In this document: piece after piece, positions 44,805 through 57,480 of the stretch
How the letters are laid out: every line of letters begins with the position of its first letter
How positions within the stretch are numbered: position 1 is the stretch's first letter
Assembly: GCA_965240325.2 (NCBI GenBank)
Contig: OZ251233.1
Location: forward strand, 992,001-1,056,000
Source of the DNA: Rebecca billardiae RCC1528
Taxonomy: Eukaryota; Protista; Haptophyta
Direction of reading: 5' to 3'
Length of the DNA stretch: 64,000 nt
Made by a program: the position numbers and the translations under genes
The notes under the pieces: model-generated
Told to the model about the DNA's origin: nothing
Database searches by the model: none
Seen by the model: the letters and a program-made list of their open reading frames with translations, nothing else

Positions 44805-47800
44805 GCCCGTAGCACGGCCGTTGGCGGCGCGTGCGGGCGCGGCGGCCTTGCCCTCGGCCACGCGCGCCGCGCTCGTGCCTGCCGCGTCCGACGGCGCGCG
44901 CGCGAGCGCGGCCGCGGCGGCCGCGGCGGCGCGCGCGAGCGCGGCCGCAGCCGTCGCCTCCCCTAGGCGAGCGTGCGCTGCCGCGGCCGCGAGCGCGCAG
45001 CGCACACCCGCCGCACTGCGCGGCGCGGCGGCGGCGGCGGCGGCGTGCGCGTCGCCGAGGGCGCACGCCGCGGAGGGCAGCACGCCGCGCAGCTCGACGA
45101 GCGCGCCGCACCGCGCGTGCAGCTCGAGCTCCACCGCCAGCGCCTCGAGCGCCGCCGCGCCGGCGGCTGCATCGCCGCTTGAGCCCTCGGCCGCGCCGCT
45201 TGCGCCCGCCGCGCCTCCGGCCGCGGCCGCGCACAGCGCGCGCGCGCGCCTCAGGTACCGCTTCGCATCTTGCGGCGAGCCGCGCGCCAGCAGCACGCGC
45301 GCGAGGGCGAGGAGGCACTCGGCCACGCCCGCGCGCACCAGCCATGCCGGCGGCGAGCTACCGGCCGCGCCTCCCGCCGCCGCGGCCGCGCCCGGCGTCG
45401 GCGCGGGCTCAGCGGCCACCGCGGGGGCGGCGGCGCCGTTGATGTTGGTGGTCGAGTCGGCGCGCGTCGGCGGCGGCGCGGCGGCGCTGCCACCATCGTC
45501 GGCTGCGGCGGCGGGCGCGGCGGCGCCGAGGCCGAACGCGCGGCTCCACTCGTGCCAGCTCGCCCGCCCGCCCGCCACGCGCATCCACGCGCGCAGCGCC
45601 AGCGCCCAGTGCGCGTGCGCCGCGCCCAGCCGCAGTGTTGCTTCGTGCGCGCGCGCCGTGCACGCGTGCACGCGCGCGCTCGCTACGAGCGACCAGCCGC
45701 CTTGCTGCGCGCCGCCGCTGCCAGGCGTGCCCGGGGCGGAGGGCCCGGCGAGCGGCGCGTGCGCGCGGGCGACGGCCTGCAGCGCGCGCGCCAGCGCGGG
45801 CGCGCCGCCGCGCAGCGCGCACTCGGCCGCCGCCCAGTCCGCGCGCATCGCGCCAGAGGCGGCACGCAGCCAGGCGGCCGCGCGCGGCGGCGCGGCCGGC
45901 GGCGCGGCGGCGGCGTCCGCGTCCGCGTCCGCGTCCGCGTCGGCGCGGAGCCACGCGTCGGCGGCGCGCGCGCACGCGCCGTGCCCCTCGGCCTCGAGCG
46001 CGAGGCCGAGCTGAAGCGCCGCCTCCGCCGCCACGCGCGCGAGCGCGGCGCTCTCCTGGCACGCGCCGCCGGCCGCGGCCGCGGCGCCGCCGGCCGCGGC
46101 GGTGCTGGCTGCGGCCGGCGGCGGCGCGGCGCGCGGCGCGCCGCTGGGTGGCTCGAGCACGAGCGCGGCGGCGCGCGAGTGCCGAGCGGCGAGCGCGGCG
46201 CAGCGCGCGCCGAGCGGCAGCTGCGCGCGCGCGCGCGCCTCCGCGCCCACCCTCAGGAGCTTCCAGCCCAGAGCGGCGGCGGCGCTAACCGCTAGCGCGT
46301 GCGCGCACGGCGCAAGCGGCGGCGCGCCCGGTGGCGTGTCCGGCGGCGCGCCCGGCAGCGCGTGCGCAGGCAGTGGCTTGCCGCGCGCGGCCGCGGCGGC
46401 GGCGAGGGACGGTGCCGGGGCAGGCGATGACGCGGCGCGTGCCGCCGGCGGCGTCGGGCGGACGAGCGGCGCGGCGAGGGCCTCCGCGGCGCGCGCCGCG
46501 TCGAGCGCCGCGTCCGCCGCCGCAGCGGTCGCGCTGTCCGCCTCCGCGCGGCCGCGCGCGGCCGCGCCGGCGCGCGCGCCGAGCGCGGCCGTGCACAGCG
46601 CGCGCGCGCGCAGCACGAGGCACGCCCAGTGCGCGGCCGGGTCGGCGCCGGCCGTCTCGAGGGCGGCACGGTCGCACGCCTCCGCCGCCGCCTCCGCGCA
46701 CGCGTGCGCGCACCGCGCGAGCTCTGAGCAGCCCTCGCCGCTTGCCGGCGCGCGCGAATGCCGCGCGCGCGCGCACGCACACTGCGCGCACAGCGCGGCG
46801 CGCGCGCGCGGCGCGCGCGCCCCACGTGCTTCCGGCGAGCTCGGCGCGCTGGACGTCTCCTGCGCGTCGTCGGCCGCGTCGTCGGCGCACGCGCCTTCGC
46901 CCTCGCCCAGCGCCTCGCCCATCTCGAGCCGCAGCGCCGCCACCGCCATGGCCAAGCGCGGCGGCGCGCCCGCGCCGCCCGCTTCCGCCTCCGCCTCCGC
47001 CTCCGCCGCGCCCGCCGGCGCACCGCCCCCGAGCGCTGCGAGCGCTGCGAGGCCGAGGCGTCGCGCGCACAGCACGCCGAGTGGCGCGTCGCGCGTGCAC
47101 TCGGCGTCGGTGCCGCCGCTCGACGCCGCCGCCGCGGGGGCGGAGGGACGGGCAGCGGGCGCGCCGCCCGCCCAGCCGCTGGCGGCGGCGCCCGCGACGG
47201 CTGCGGCGCCGGTGGCGGTGGCGGCGCCGGCGGAGGCGGAGGAGTCGGCGTCGGTCGGCGCGGCCTGGGGCTCGGCGCCACCGCCCGACGCGCCCGCGCG
47301 CGTCGTCAGCGGCGTGCGCTCGAGCAGCGCCGCGCACACGGCGCTCGCCACCGCGCCGAGCGCCACATGTGCACCCTCACTCCGTGGCGGCGGCGCCAGT
47401 TGAGGGCCCTCGGCGCGCGGCGCGGGCGGTGCGCCTTCCGCCGCGCCGCGCGCCGCGGGCGCGAGGCCGAGCGCGGCGGCGAGCGCGTCGACGAAGAGGG
47501 CCTCGGCGGAGGGCGCGGCGCCTGGAGCCGGGCTGTCGTCCGCCACCTCGCGCGCGCCTCGCGAGCCGGCCTGCGCCGCGCCGGCCGCGCGCGCGCGTGC
47601 AGGCTGCGCGCCGCGCCGCGCCGCGTCGCGCGCGCCGCCGCCCGCCGCGCGCGCCGCGCCGTCGTCGTCGGCGCTGCGCGCGCCCGCGCCCGCCGCGTGC
47701 GCGAGCAGCTGCGCCGCCGTCTCGACGGCGACTGCTCGCACGCTCGGCGCCTCGCCGGGCTCGGCCGCCGCCGCCGCCGCCGCCGCGCGCGCGAGCCAGC

Positions 47801-50493
47801 CGCCGAGCGCGCGCGCGTCGCGCCGCTGACAGCGCGCGCCCAGCAGGGCAGCGGCGATGAGGGTGGCGCGCGCGTCCGCCGCGCCGAGCGCGCTCGCCGC
47901 CTCGCTCAGCTCGAGCGCGGCCGCACCCAGCCGCGCGCCCGCGCCCGCCAGCGCCCCGCCCGCCCGCACCGCGTGCGCGCCGTGCGCGCACACCGTCGCC
48001 GCAAGCCACGCGGCGCGCTCGCGCGCGCCAGACACCGCGCGCGGCCGCGCGCCCAGTCCCCGTAGCCAGCAAGCTGTCGGGTGCAGCGAGCGCTCGGCGG
48101 CGGTGGCGGTGGCGGCCTCGACGGCGGCGTCGCCGCCGCGCGCGCCGAGCGCGAGCTGCGTGCTCAGCGCCGCCGCGCCGACGCCGAGCGCGACGAGTGC
48201 AGACACCACGTCCGCCGCGGCGTCCGCGCCGGCTGCGGCGGGCGCGGCGACCGCCTGCGGAGCGGCTGCGGTGTCGGCGGCTGCGGCGTTGGCGGCTGCT
48301 GGCTTCTTCTGGGCTGCGCCGCGCTCGGCACCGGCGGCATCGACGGGCGCGTGCGCGCGGGCGAGCGCGCCGAGCGCCAGCGCAAGCCGCTCAGCTTCAG
48401 CGCGCGGCAGCGCACTTGCGCCCGGCGCCTCGCCGCGCCGATCGGCGCCCCCGGCGGCGCGGCGCGTGTCACGCTCGGGCGCGCACGCACCCGCGAGCGC
48501 GCGCTGCAGTGCCGTCGCCTCGGCGGCGAGCGCTCGCAGCGCGGGCAGCGGCAGCGCGGGGGCGGGCTCGGACTCATCCGACAGTCGCTCGAGCGCGGAC
48601 GCACACACCGGCGCGCGCCGCGCGAGCTCAGCCAGCCCGTCCGTGGCGGCGGCGCCGCCATCGGCCGCCGCGGCGCCGCGTGGCGCGGCGGCGGCGTCGG
48701 AGTCAGAGGCTGCGCCCGCGGCCTCGGTGGCGGCCGCGTCGACAGCCAGAGTGCACAGACGGCAGAGGGCGGCGGCGCGCACGGCCTCGGCGGCGCACGC
48801 ATCCGCCGTCCGCGTGCCCTTCGCCGCCTCCGCCGCCCCGCTCAGCGCCTCGAGCTCGGCCCGCGCCAGCGCCAGCGCTCGCTGCGCCGCGAGCGAGTCG
48901 GCCGCGCCGTCAGCACGTGCGCCCGCCGCGGCCGCGCCGCGCGCGTGCGCCGCGCAATGGCAGGCGAGCAGCAGCACGCACACGCGCGCCTCCTCCTCGT
49001 CCGCCGCGCGCGCGAAGGCGGGCAGCTGCGCGCGCAACCGCTCGAGCGCGCGCGCGAGCACACCCGCCGCCGCGCCGCCGCCACCCGCCTTCGCGCGCGC
49101 GGCCGCGACGCTCAGCGCCTGCTGGGCAAACGCTGTCGGTCGGCATGCGGCGGCGCAGCAGCCGAACGCCAGCGCCGCCTCTCGGCACGCGAGCAGCGCG
49201 GCGTCGCGCGCGGCGTCGGCCGGGCGCGGCTGCGCGCGCGCCTCGAGCGCGCTCGTCGCGCGCATCCCCGCGCGCAGCAGCGTCGCCGCGACGGGCGCCG
49301 CGCGCGCCTGCGCGCCGCCGCCGCCGCCGCCCGCCGCCGCGACGTCCGCCGACTCGGCCGGTGGCAGCGGCGTTGGCGCGGCGCGCGGGTTCGGATTTGA
49401 GTTCTCGTCGCGCGCGGCGTTGGCGCGGGCGGCCTTGGCGGCGCTCGGCGGCGGTGGCGGCGGCGCCACCGCGTGCTCGAGCCAGACCATCGCCGCGCGC
49501 AGCACCCGCAGCACCACCGCGCTCTCTGCGCCATCGGCTGCGCTGGCGGCCTCGGCGGCAGTGGCGGCGCCGCCGCGCGCGCCCGCGGCGGCGTCCGCGC
49601 CCGCCGCGCACGTGAGGACGATGGCGAGGGCGCCGCTGACGAGCAGCGCGCGCTCGGCGGAATCGGCGGCGCGCGGCTCCCGCGTGCACCGCAGCGCGCG
49701 CACGGCGGCCGGCTGCCCCAGCGTGTGGTCCACGCCGAGCGACTCGAGCAGTCGCGCAACTGACGCGCTCGCGAGCGCACCCTGCGCGCGGCGCCGCGGG
49801 CGCGCGCGCGCGGAGGCGGCGTGCGCGGCGGTGAGGGCGCGGCGGCGGCGCGGGCGCGCGGGGCGCACTCGCGAGCGTGCCGCCCTTTCGCCGCCCCGCG
49901 CCGCATGCCGCCCTTGCGCGCGCGCGCGCCGCCCTTGCGCGCGCGCTCCGCACCTGCGACCAGTCTGCAGCGCGTGACCCGAGAGAGTAGAGCATGCGCT
50001 CGAGGTCGAGCGGCTGGAAGGAGAGGCAGCCCCTGAGCTTCGCGAGCAGCTCGAGCGCGAGAGCCGCGACGCGGAGCATGCACGCCGCCGTCTCGGCCGC
50101 CGCCGCCTCGCGCTCGCGCGCGCTCGGCGCGGGCGCCAGCTTGAGCGCGCGGCTTGCCACCTGCACAAGCTGAGGGCCGTACGTGCGCGCGTGCTCCCTG
50201 CGCGCGCGGCGCGTCGAGGGGGCGAGGAGGCGTGTGCGACGCGACAGGCCGATCAGCCGCCGTCCGCCGCCAGACGACCGACCCACGGCCGTCGGCCGTG
50301 CGGCGCGCGCGCGCTCTCGCGGCGCGCTGGTGCCGCGCGGCGGCGCGTCCGCGCGCGCGCACAGCTGCTTCTGCGTCTTGGTCTTGGGCGCCTTGAAGGC
50401 GGCGAGGGTGCGCGTGGAAGAGATGAGCGTCGACTCGACCGCCGCGCCGTCGAGCGGCTGCGCCTGCAGCAGCTCGAGCACGCGGTCGCACAT
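41445..50493 (-). CDS. ESP1: Separase (peptidase C50), ~2,900 aa; predicted exons 50493-50363, 50197-49954, 49781-41445
   Basis: EWWAARRALDEQL, PWEAL, FFVLNPGGDL, catalytic YCGHGGG and LMGCSS, VVGTLWDVTDGDLDR. Two GT-AG introns restore the frame at the N-terminus; further in-frame introns cannot be excluded. Confidence 0.92.
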
Positions 50494-50804
50494 GGCGTCG
50501 CCCGGCCACGCCGCGCGGGCGAGCTGCCCGCTTCAAACCCGTGGCTGCGCGGGAGAAGTGCCGAGCACAGGATGGAGTCCGGCGAGCACCCGGTGAGGCA
50601 GACGTTTCACGTTTCGGCAGCCCGAGCCGGGCTCGTGAGGAATCTCAAAGTCGGCCAGGACTCTCCACCCGGGCCCAGCGCGTCCGGAAGCTCTCCACAC
50701 CGGAGCCTTGATGATGATGAGCCTTCTGGCTCTACGAAACGTCATAGTAGATTGGTACAATAGTCCATTTAGGAAACGACATTCACGCCAGGCGAGGCGC
50801 AAGC

Positions 50805-52037
50805 ATGCTGCCGCCGGCGCACCTGAGCGTCGCGCCGGAGGCGCCGGCGCGGCCGGAGGCGGCGCCTCCGGAGCCCGACGGGGCGCCGAGCGCGCCGCGC
50901 GAGCCGCGCGTCTCGATGAGCCCGGGCCCGCCCACGCAGGCGCTGAGCACGCCGCACACGCACCACACCGCCAGCTCGCCCGCGGCGGGCGGCGGCGGGA
51001 TGGGCGCGACCGCGGCGGGCGCGACGCGGCCCCACCTGGGCGGCACGTCGGCGAAGCAGGTGTTCGAGCAGGCCGCGATGTCAGGCTTCTCGACGCTCAA
51101 CATGAACGGCCCGTCCACCGCCAAGATGCAGGCGGAGCGCTACGCCGCCGACGTGCGCTCGCGCCGCCGGATCGTGACCCCTGACCAACGAGACACGGAC
51201 GGCTCGGAGGAGGCGCGCTTCTTCCAGGCGTACGAGCAGGGCCACGCGGCGCGCACGCGGTTCGGCTCGCGGTCGGAGCTGCGCCTCGTCCTCGTCGACC
51301 TTGCCCTCGCCCTCGCCTTCTCCCGCCGCTCCCCCGAGCTGCTCGCGTGCGCCGTCCACCTCGTGAGGCTTCTCGAAGAAGACGCGCTCGCGCGCCGCGA
51401 GCTCGTGCTGCTGGCGCAGGCGGACGCGTCGCGGCCGGAGACGATCGACGTGGCGGCGATGCTGGCCAACACGATCGGCCACCTGATGGGCATCTGCGGC
51501 CGCGTGCGCGACGTCGGCTCCGCCAAGATGGACGCCCAGCTCGAGCTGTTCCTCGTCGTAATGCGTCTCGTCTCCGATCTGAGGCTTGCGCTCGCACCCG
51601 CGCTCGAGGCGGCGCTCGCGCCCGAGAGCGAGCGGCACCGGATGAAGTTCGCGGACGGGAGCGTGCGCATGCAGACCGTGCGCGCGCTGCGCCTCGCCGG
51701 CGCCGACGTGCTGCGCGCCGACCTCGGCGGCGGGCCGGACTCCGAGCTGCCGCAGCCCGGCGGCCTCCGCTCCGCGTCCGCGCAGCCGCCGCCCGCGCTC
51801 CAGCCGAGCGCGCCCGCGACTTCGCGCACGACGTCGCTGCTGCTGCCGAGCATCGCCGGCGCGGCGGGCGCGGCGGGTGGCGGCGGCGGCGGGGCGGCGG
51901 CGTCGAACGGCACAACGCCCGGCGGTGGCGGCGGCGCGGCCGCCGCGGGCGCGCCGCCGGCGCTCGGCGGCGGCGCGGCGCGCGAGCGGCACCAGGCGGC
52001 GCACAGGCCGAGCGTGGCCGCGTCCACGGCGTCCTGA
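50805..52037 (+). CDS. Hypothetical protein with helical core
   Basis: ATG start, strong GC3 bias, non-repetitive core. Divergent from separase. Confidence 0.7.
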   Translation: MLPPAHLSVAPEAPARPEAAPPEPDGAPSAPREPRVSMSPGPPTQALSTPHTHHTASSPAAGGGGMGATAAGATRPHLGGTSAKQVFEQAAMSGFSTLNMNGPSTAKMQAERYAADVRSRRRIVTPDQRDTDGSEEARFFQAYEQGHAARTRFGSRSELRLVLVDLALALAFSRRSPELLACAVHLVRLLEEDALARRELVLLAQADASRPETIDVAAMLANTIGHLMGICGRVRDVGSAKMDAQLELFLVVMRLVSDLRLALAPALEAALAPESERHRMKFADGSVRMQTVRALRLAGADVLRADLGGGPDSELPQPGGLRSASAQPPPALQPSAPATSRTTSLLLPSIAGAAGAAGGGGGGAAASNGTTPGGGGGAAAAGAPPALGGGAARERHQAAHRPSVAASTAS

Positions 52038-52476
52038 CCGTCCGGTTGGCGCCCGTCGTCTCAGGCTCAGCGCTGTCAGAATGGCCGTGATGAACTACGT
52101 GAACTTAGCGCTCCAGCTGACGCCTGAAACGGAGCTTGGATGCCTCGCAGGCCTGTACGCCGCCAGGCACGGTCACGAGCGGAGGGTCCTAACGACAGCA
52201 TCATCATCGTCTGATCGCCTCCGCCAGAAAAAAAAAGTGCCGCTGGGCGTGATGACCGTCTCGACAGCCGGCCGAGGTTCCGGGCCCGCGCCCGGACTCC
52301 ACGGCTGCAGGCGCGGTCCGGGCGGCTCCTGGCCGGGCGCGGCACGGCCAGCCCCCGCGCGAGCTGCACCTCCCGACGAGGCAAGATTAGCCGACCGCGA
52401 CAGTCATCGCCTGCGGCCCGAACACGGGGGTGGAGGCCACTGCCGAGGTGCTGCACGCACACGAGCACGGGTCGCG

Positions 52477-53436
52477 ATGGAGATGGGGCTGATGGAGACC
52501 GGTAAGGCGACGGACGGCGCGCCGGCCCCGAAGAAGGCGCCGAGCGCCACGGCGACCGCGCTCTACGTCTTCGCGCTCGCCGTGCTCGCGGCGGTGATTG
52601 CGTATGTCTGCAACCTGCTCTTCCAGTCGGGCGCGCTGCTCGACGGCGTGCAGATGGACAAGCTGACGCACACGGTGCTCGGGCTGGTGCTCGGCGGCTA
52701 CCTCGTGCTCCGCGTCGCGTTCGCCATCAGCACGTACAACCAGGCCAAGGCTGCGGTCGCCAGCTTCTACGGCTCAGCGACGGCGATCGCGATCTCGTCC
52801 TCGCACGTGTCGGAGGCGCTGACCATCTCGGCGGGCGCGGAGCACGAGAAGAAGGGCATCCACACCTTCCGCTCGGAGCTCGCCCGGCTACTCCACTTCA
52901 GCGCCAGGTGCCTCACGCACTGCCTCAAGGACGAGCCCGTGATCAAGGACGGCGAGCTAATGATGACCGATGAGATGCTCGTCATCAACCAGAGCGCAAA
53001 CGCGCCGACACCGACGCTCTACGTGACCAAGCTCGTGGCCAAGCTCATCGCGCAGCAGCGCGAGGCGGGCCGCCTCGACGCCGCCATCTGCGCCGAGATC
53101 AACGCGCAGATCGCCGTCATGGCCACCGCGAGCCACACGATCAGCGCGCTCAAGAAGATGCCCATCCCGCAGGCCGTGAACGAGTTTGCGTGCGCGTGGC
53201 TCTTCGGCTTCTGCCTGACGGTGCCGGTGGTGATCTCGTACTACACGTGGGCGACGCCGTGGGTCGCGCCCTGCGCCTCGCTCTTCCTCGTCGCCTTCTA
53301 CTTCGCGCTCAACCAGGTCGGCGCGCAGCTCGAGGACCTCGCGGCCGTCTTCTCGTCTGACGTGTCCATCAAGGCTTTTGAGGAGCAGCTCGGCACCGAC
53401 CTCGAGACCTTCACGACGGGGCCGGCGATGCTCTGA
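52477..53436 (+). CDS. Divergent bestrophin-like (UPF0187/Bestrophin_2) membrane protein
   Basis: HTVLGLVLGGYLVLR, PIP..., LNQVGAQLED and a 4-TM layout. ATG at 52477. Confidence 0.75.
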   Translation: MEMGLMETGKATDGAPAPKKAPSATATALYVFALAVLAAVIAYVCNLLFQSGALLDGVQMDKLTHTVLGLVLGGYLVLRVAFAISTYNQAKAAVASFYGSATAIAISSSHVSEALTISAGAEHEKKGIHTFRSELARLLHFSARCLTHCLKDEPVIKDGELMMTDEMLVINQSANAPTPTLYVTKLVAKLIAQQREAGRLDAAICAEINAQIAVMATASHTISALKKMPIPQAVNEFACAWLFGFCLTVPVVISYYTWATPWVAPCASLFLVAFYFALNQVGAQLEDLAAVFSSDVSIKAFEEQLGTDLETFTTGPAML

Positions 53437-54117
53437 GTGGGCGGCTGGGCGGGCGGTGGCGGGTTGGGGACGGGCGCGGCGCGCGCCCGCCGCTCGCCGC
53501 CGCGCCGCCGCCGCGCAGGGCGCGCGCCGGGCCGCCGCGCCGGCGGCGCTCTCGGCGGCGGCGCGGCGGAATGCGCCGCGGCAGCTGCGCGGCGAGCGGC
53601 CTCGGCCGCAACCGATTGTCTCCGCGCGACGCACGCGCGATGCGGCGCGGCCCGCGAGTCGGGCGCTGCTGGCGGTCTGCACTCGCGCCGTCATCCGACG
53701 GCCGGATCCTCTGCTGGGCGCCAGCGACGGGTGCGACCCGCGGACCGCAGTTCACCTCATGCTGCTCCGCGGGCGCGGACTTTCGGCGGACGAGACACGA
53801 GTGTTAATAACTTCGGCGGTGGCAGTCTCGGCTGATGCTCATTCCGCGGTCGCTGACTACAGTGATCCTCCAGCCCCGGCGGCGGTGTAGATCTGCCGAT
53901 ATGCCATCTGCATACCTGTGCGACTGAATCGTCGCTGACGATGCGGCGCTGCCGCAGCATGTGGACTGTCAATTAAGTGCATCTGATCTAGTATTGAGAG
54001 AAGATATGACGATGCTGACTGTAAAATACCAAACGACATTCATCTCAGAAACTGCTGCTGAAAACTGAGTCTTGGACGCGAACGAGCGATCACTCGGCCA
54101 TCAAGCGCACGCACACG

Positions 54118-55890
54118 ATGGCAGTGCTCGCGCGCGCTCGGCTGCTCCTCGCGCTCGCCGCGGCGAGCGGCGCGCTCCGGGCGCGCGCCGCGACGACGGC
54201 GGGCGCGCCGAGCGGCGCGGCCACGCGCGCGGCTGCCGCGGCCGCGCTGCGCGCCAAGGGCGGCGCGGCCATTGCCAACGCGCTGTATGCGCCATGCGAG
54301 GCGGAGGTGCCGCCGACCGCCGCGCGCGTCGTGCGCGGCGAGCTGCCGGCGGACCTGCCGCCGGGCTTCCTGCTGCGCGTCGGTCCGAACCCGGCGCCCG
54401 AGGACCACGCGCGCACGCGCGGCACCACCGGCTTCCTCGACCACGACGGCATGGTCCACTGCGTCACGTTTGCGCCCGCCGACGGAGGCGTCGGCGCGCG
54501 CGGCGCGCGCCCGCCGCCCGCGTACGCGCGCCGCTGGGTGCGCACGGACGGGCGGCGGCGCGAGCGGGCGCGCGGGGAGCCGCCGTCCGCCTTCTTCAAG
54601 GGCACGCTGGGCGTCGCGCCCGGCGGCCTGCGCATGCTCCTGCACCTCGCGGCCAACGCGCTCGCTTTTGGCCGCGCGGTCAAGGACACGGCCAACACGG
54701 CGCTGCGCGCGCACGGCGGCAAGCTGCTCGCGCTGATGGAGCAGGCGCGGCCGTCGGAGCTGGCGCTGACGCGCGATGGGGACGTGCGCACCGTGGCGAG
54801 CGCCACCGACCTCGACGGCACCGTGCCCGACGACCCCGTCACCGGCGGCGCGCTCGGCGCGCACGGCCGCGCGTGCCCGCGCACGGGTGAGTACTTTTGC
54901 GTGACCTACGACTCGTCCGGCCCGCCGTTCGCGCGCGTGGACGTGTTCGCGCCGGGCTCGTGCGCGGCGCGGGCGTCGCGCGGGCTGGGCGGGATGCGCG
55001 CGCCCGTGATGGTGCACGACTGCGAGCTCACCCGCGAGCACGTCCTCGTCCTCGAGCTGCCGCTCACGATCCGGCCGCTGCGCGCGCTCGCAAATCGCTT
55101 CCCCGTCGAATATGAGCCCGGCCTGGGCGGAAGGATCGGGCTGGTGCCGCGGCGCGGCGGCGAGGTGGTGTGGGTGGAGGTGGAGGCGTGCGTCGTGCTG
55201 CACGCCGTGCACGCGCGCGCCGACCCGGCCACGGGCCACGTCCGTCTCGTCGGCTGCCGCGCCGAGCCCGCCACGCCGCAGAGCTTCATTACCCAGTTCT
55301 CACCCGCATTTCTATACGAGTGGGTCCTGGACCCAAAGTCCGGGCGGTGCGTGCGCGAGGGGTACCTCAACTCGGAGCGGGTGGTCGAGTTCCCCACGCT
55401 CAACCCCGCCGACGTGGGCGGCGCCGCGGCCGCCGCGTACCTCGTCTCCATCGGCGCGATCACCGGCGCCATCGCCGAGTACCGCACGCCGCAGGAGAGC
55501 ATCCTGCTCGACGGCTTCGTCAAAATGGCGCTCGCGGACGACGAGGAGGGCGGGGGCGGCGGCGCGCGCGCCGGCGACGTGCTCGGGCAGTACGCGCTGC
55601 CCGCGGGCGCGTACGCGGTCTCCGAGCCCACCTTCGTCCCCGCCGTCGGCGCCGAGCGCGCCGGCGGCGATGCCGGCTACGTGCTCCAGTTCGTGAGCCG
55701 CGTGTCAGGCGAGGGCGGCGGCGCGCGCCGCACCGCGTCGGAGCTGCACGTGGTCGACGCGCGCGACCCGTCGGCGGGGCCCGTCGCGGTCGTCGCGCTG
55801 CCCGGCACCGTGCCGTACGGCCTGCACTCGTGCTTCGTGCCGTGGGACTACTTCGCGCACGAGGATGCAGACGAGCGCGGGGCGGCGTAG
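54118..55890 (+). CDS. Carotenoid cleavage oxygenase (RPE65/CCD/NCED family), probably plastid-targeted
   Basis: LRVGPNP, DGMVH, DTANT, four Fe-binding His (GAH, MVHD, VLH, YGLHS), EFP and SEP motifs. Confidence 0.92.
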   Translation: MAVLARARLLLALAAASGALRARAATTAGAPSGAATRAAAAAALRAKGGAAIANALYAPCEAEVPPTAARVVRGELPADLPPGFLLRVGPNPAPEDHARTRGTTGFLDHDGMVHCVTFAPADGGVGARGARPPPAYARRWVRTDGRRRERARGEPPSAFFKGTLGVAPGGLRMLLHLAANALAFGRAVKDTANTALRAHGGKLLALMEQARPSELALTRDGDVRTVASATDLDGTVPDDPVTGGALGAHGRACPRTGEYFCVTYDSSGPPFARVDVFAPGSCAARASRGLGGMRAPVMVHDCELTREHVLVLELPLTIRPLRALANRFPVEYEPGLGGRIGLVPRRGGEVVWVEVEACVVLHAVHARADPATGHVRLVGCRAEPATPQSFITQFSPAFLYEWVLDPKSGRCVREGYLNSERVVEFPTLNPADVGGAAAAAYLVSIGAITGAIAEYRTPQESILLDGFVKMALADDEEGGGGGARAGDVLGQYALPAGAYAVSEPTFVPAVGAERAGGDAGYVLQFVSRVSGEGGGARRTASELHVVDARDPSAGPVAVVALPGTVPYGLHSCFVPWDYFAHEDADERGAA

Positions 55891-56544
55891 CGCAGGCGAC
55901 GCGGGCGGCCGCGCGCGGGCCGGAGTCCGCTGGCACCGTGAGCTCGCAATGCGACTATATCACTTGATCAGTACGTATAGTCGTACATGACAAGTCCTTG
56001 AAGATGCCTGACTCGGAGCGGCAGTGCACACTTAGTCACGCATATGCGCCTCGATCGGTCCGGGTCGCTTGTAACACATCCGTTACGATGCGCCGCATCC
56101 GGATGCGCATCTGCGAACAGAACCGGCTGAGACTCTCTCCGCCGTTGTCCGACACGCTTGGCACACGCGGCCGACACGGTCCGCGCCGCGCGTCGGGCCG
56201 CAGCGCAGACTCACAGACAGCGCTGCGCCGCCCGGCTCACCCGTGGTCGCAGACCAACGTGATCGGCTCGTCGCCCGCCTCCGCGAGCGGCAGCAGGCTC
56301 GCTGGGCGCACGAGCACGGTGCGCCCGTCGCCGAGCGCGACCGGGGTGCGCGCGCCGATGGGCACTCGACGCGCACTGGGCGAACACCGTCGAAAAGCCC
56401 ACGTGCCGGCCGGCGGCGCGGCGCGGCGCCATCGTGCGCCCGGCCGCATTTTCTCTCGCAGGCGGTTGTCACTGTCTTGTCAGACACTGGCGATGGCGGC
56501 CACGTCGCCGCGGCAGTGAGTGCAATAGAGCACACGGGACGAAG

Positions 56545-57449
56545 ATGGTGGTGACGACGGACGTGGGCGTGCGCGTCACGCGCGTGCGCGTGCGCGGGAA
56601 CAAGCGCACGCGCGAGCACATCATCCGGCAGGAGCTCGCGCCCGCACTGCAGTGCCGCTCGTACGACGAGCTCGGCGACGCGCTCGTCGACGCGACGCAG
56701 CGGCTGCACGACCTCGGCATCTTCCGCCGCGTGGACGTGCTGCTCGACGCGGACGAGGCGGTGGGCCTCGACGAGGCGGGCTTCATCGGCGCCGCCCTCG
56801 TCGTCTCCGTCGTCGAGGGCCCGCGCGTCTCCGCCACCACCGGCACATACGTGCAGAACGGCGAGGGCTCGGCCGAGATGTCAATCTCGGCCAAGAACGT
56901 GCTCGGGCTGGCGGAGCGCGCGGACCTGCACGTGACGCGCGGGCACGAGCGCTCGAACGCGTACCGCGTCAGCCTCGCCAAGCCGCGCCCGCTCGGCACC
57001 GCGTGCACGCTCCAGCTCGGCGCGCGCAAGCAGCTCGCGTCGCGCGAGCGCCTCGCGTCGCACTGCGAGAAAGAGCAGGCGGCCGACGTCTCGATCGCGT
57101 GGGGCGAGGCGCGCGCGCCGGGCGGCGCGCAGGAGCTGGGCCTCGAGCTCGGGCTGCGCGAGGTGTGCAAGCTCACGCCCGCCGCGAGCCCCGCCGTGCG
57201 CGCCGCCGCGCGCACCTCCGCGCGCGCGGCGGTGCGCCACTCGCTCGCGCTCGACCGGCGGCAGGGCCACCCGCTCGCGCCAGAGTCGGGCTGGGCGGCG
57301 CGGCTCACGACGGAGGTGGGCGGGCTGGGCGGCGTGGGCGACGGGCGCTCGCTCAAGGCGCACGCCGAGGCGGCGCTGCACCTGCCGCTGTGGGAGCGCC
57401 TCGGCCTCGTCGCCTCGCTCTCGGCGGGGCTCGGCGCGCTCGCCCCGCT

Positions 57450-57480
<31 letters not shown>

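Noticed and set aside
41338-50763. Numerous antisense and alternative-frame ORFs over separase and other genes
   Set aside because: Shadow frames expected at this GC content; no motifs.
52085-52220. C/D-box snoRNA (GTGATGA...CTGA)
   Set aside because: No convincing terminal stem or recognisable guide, and the motifs are common in these intergenic regions.
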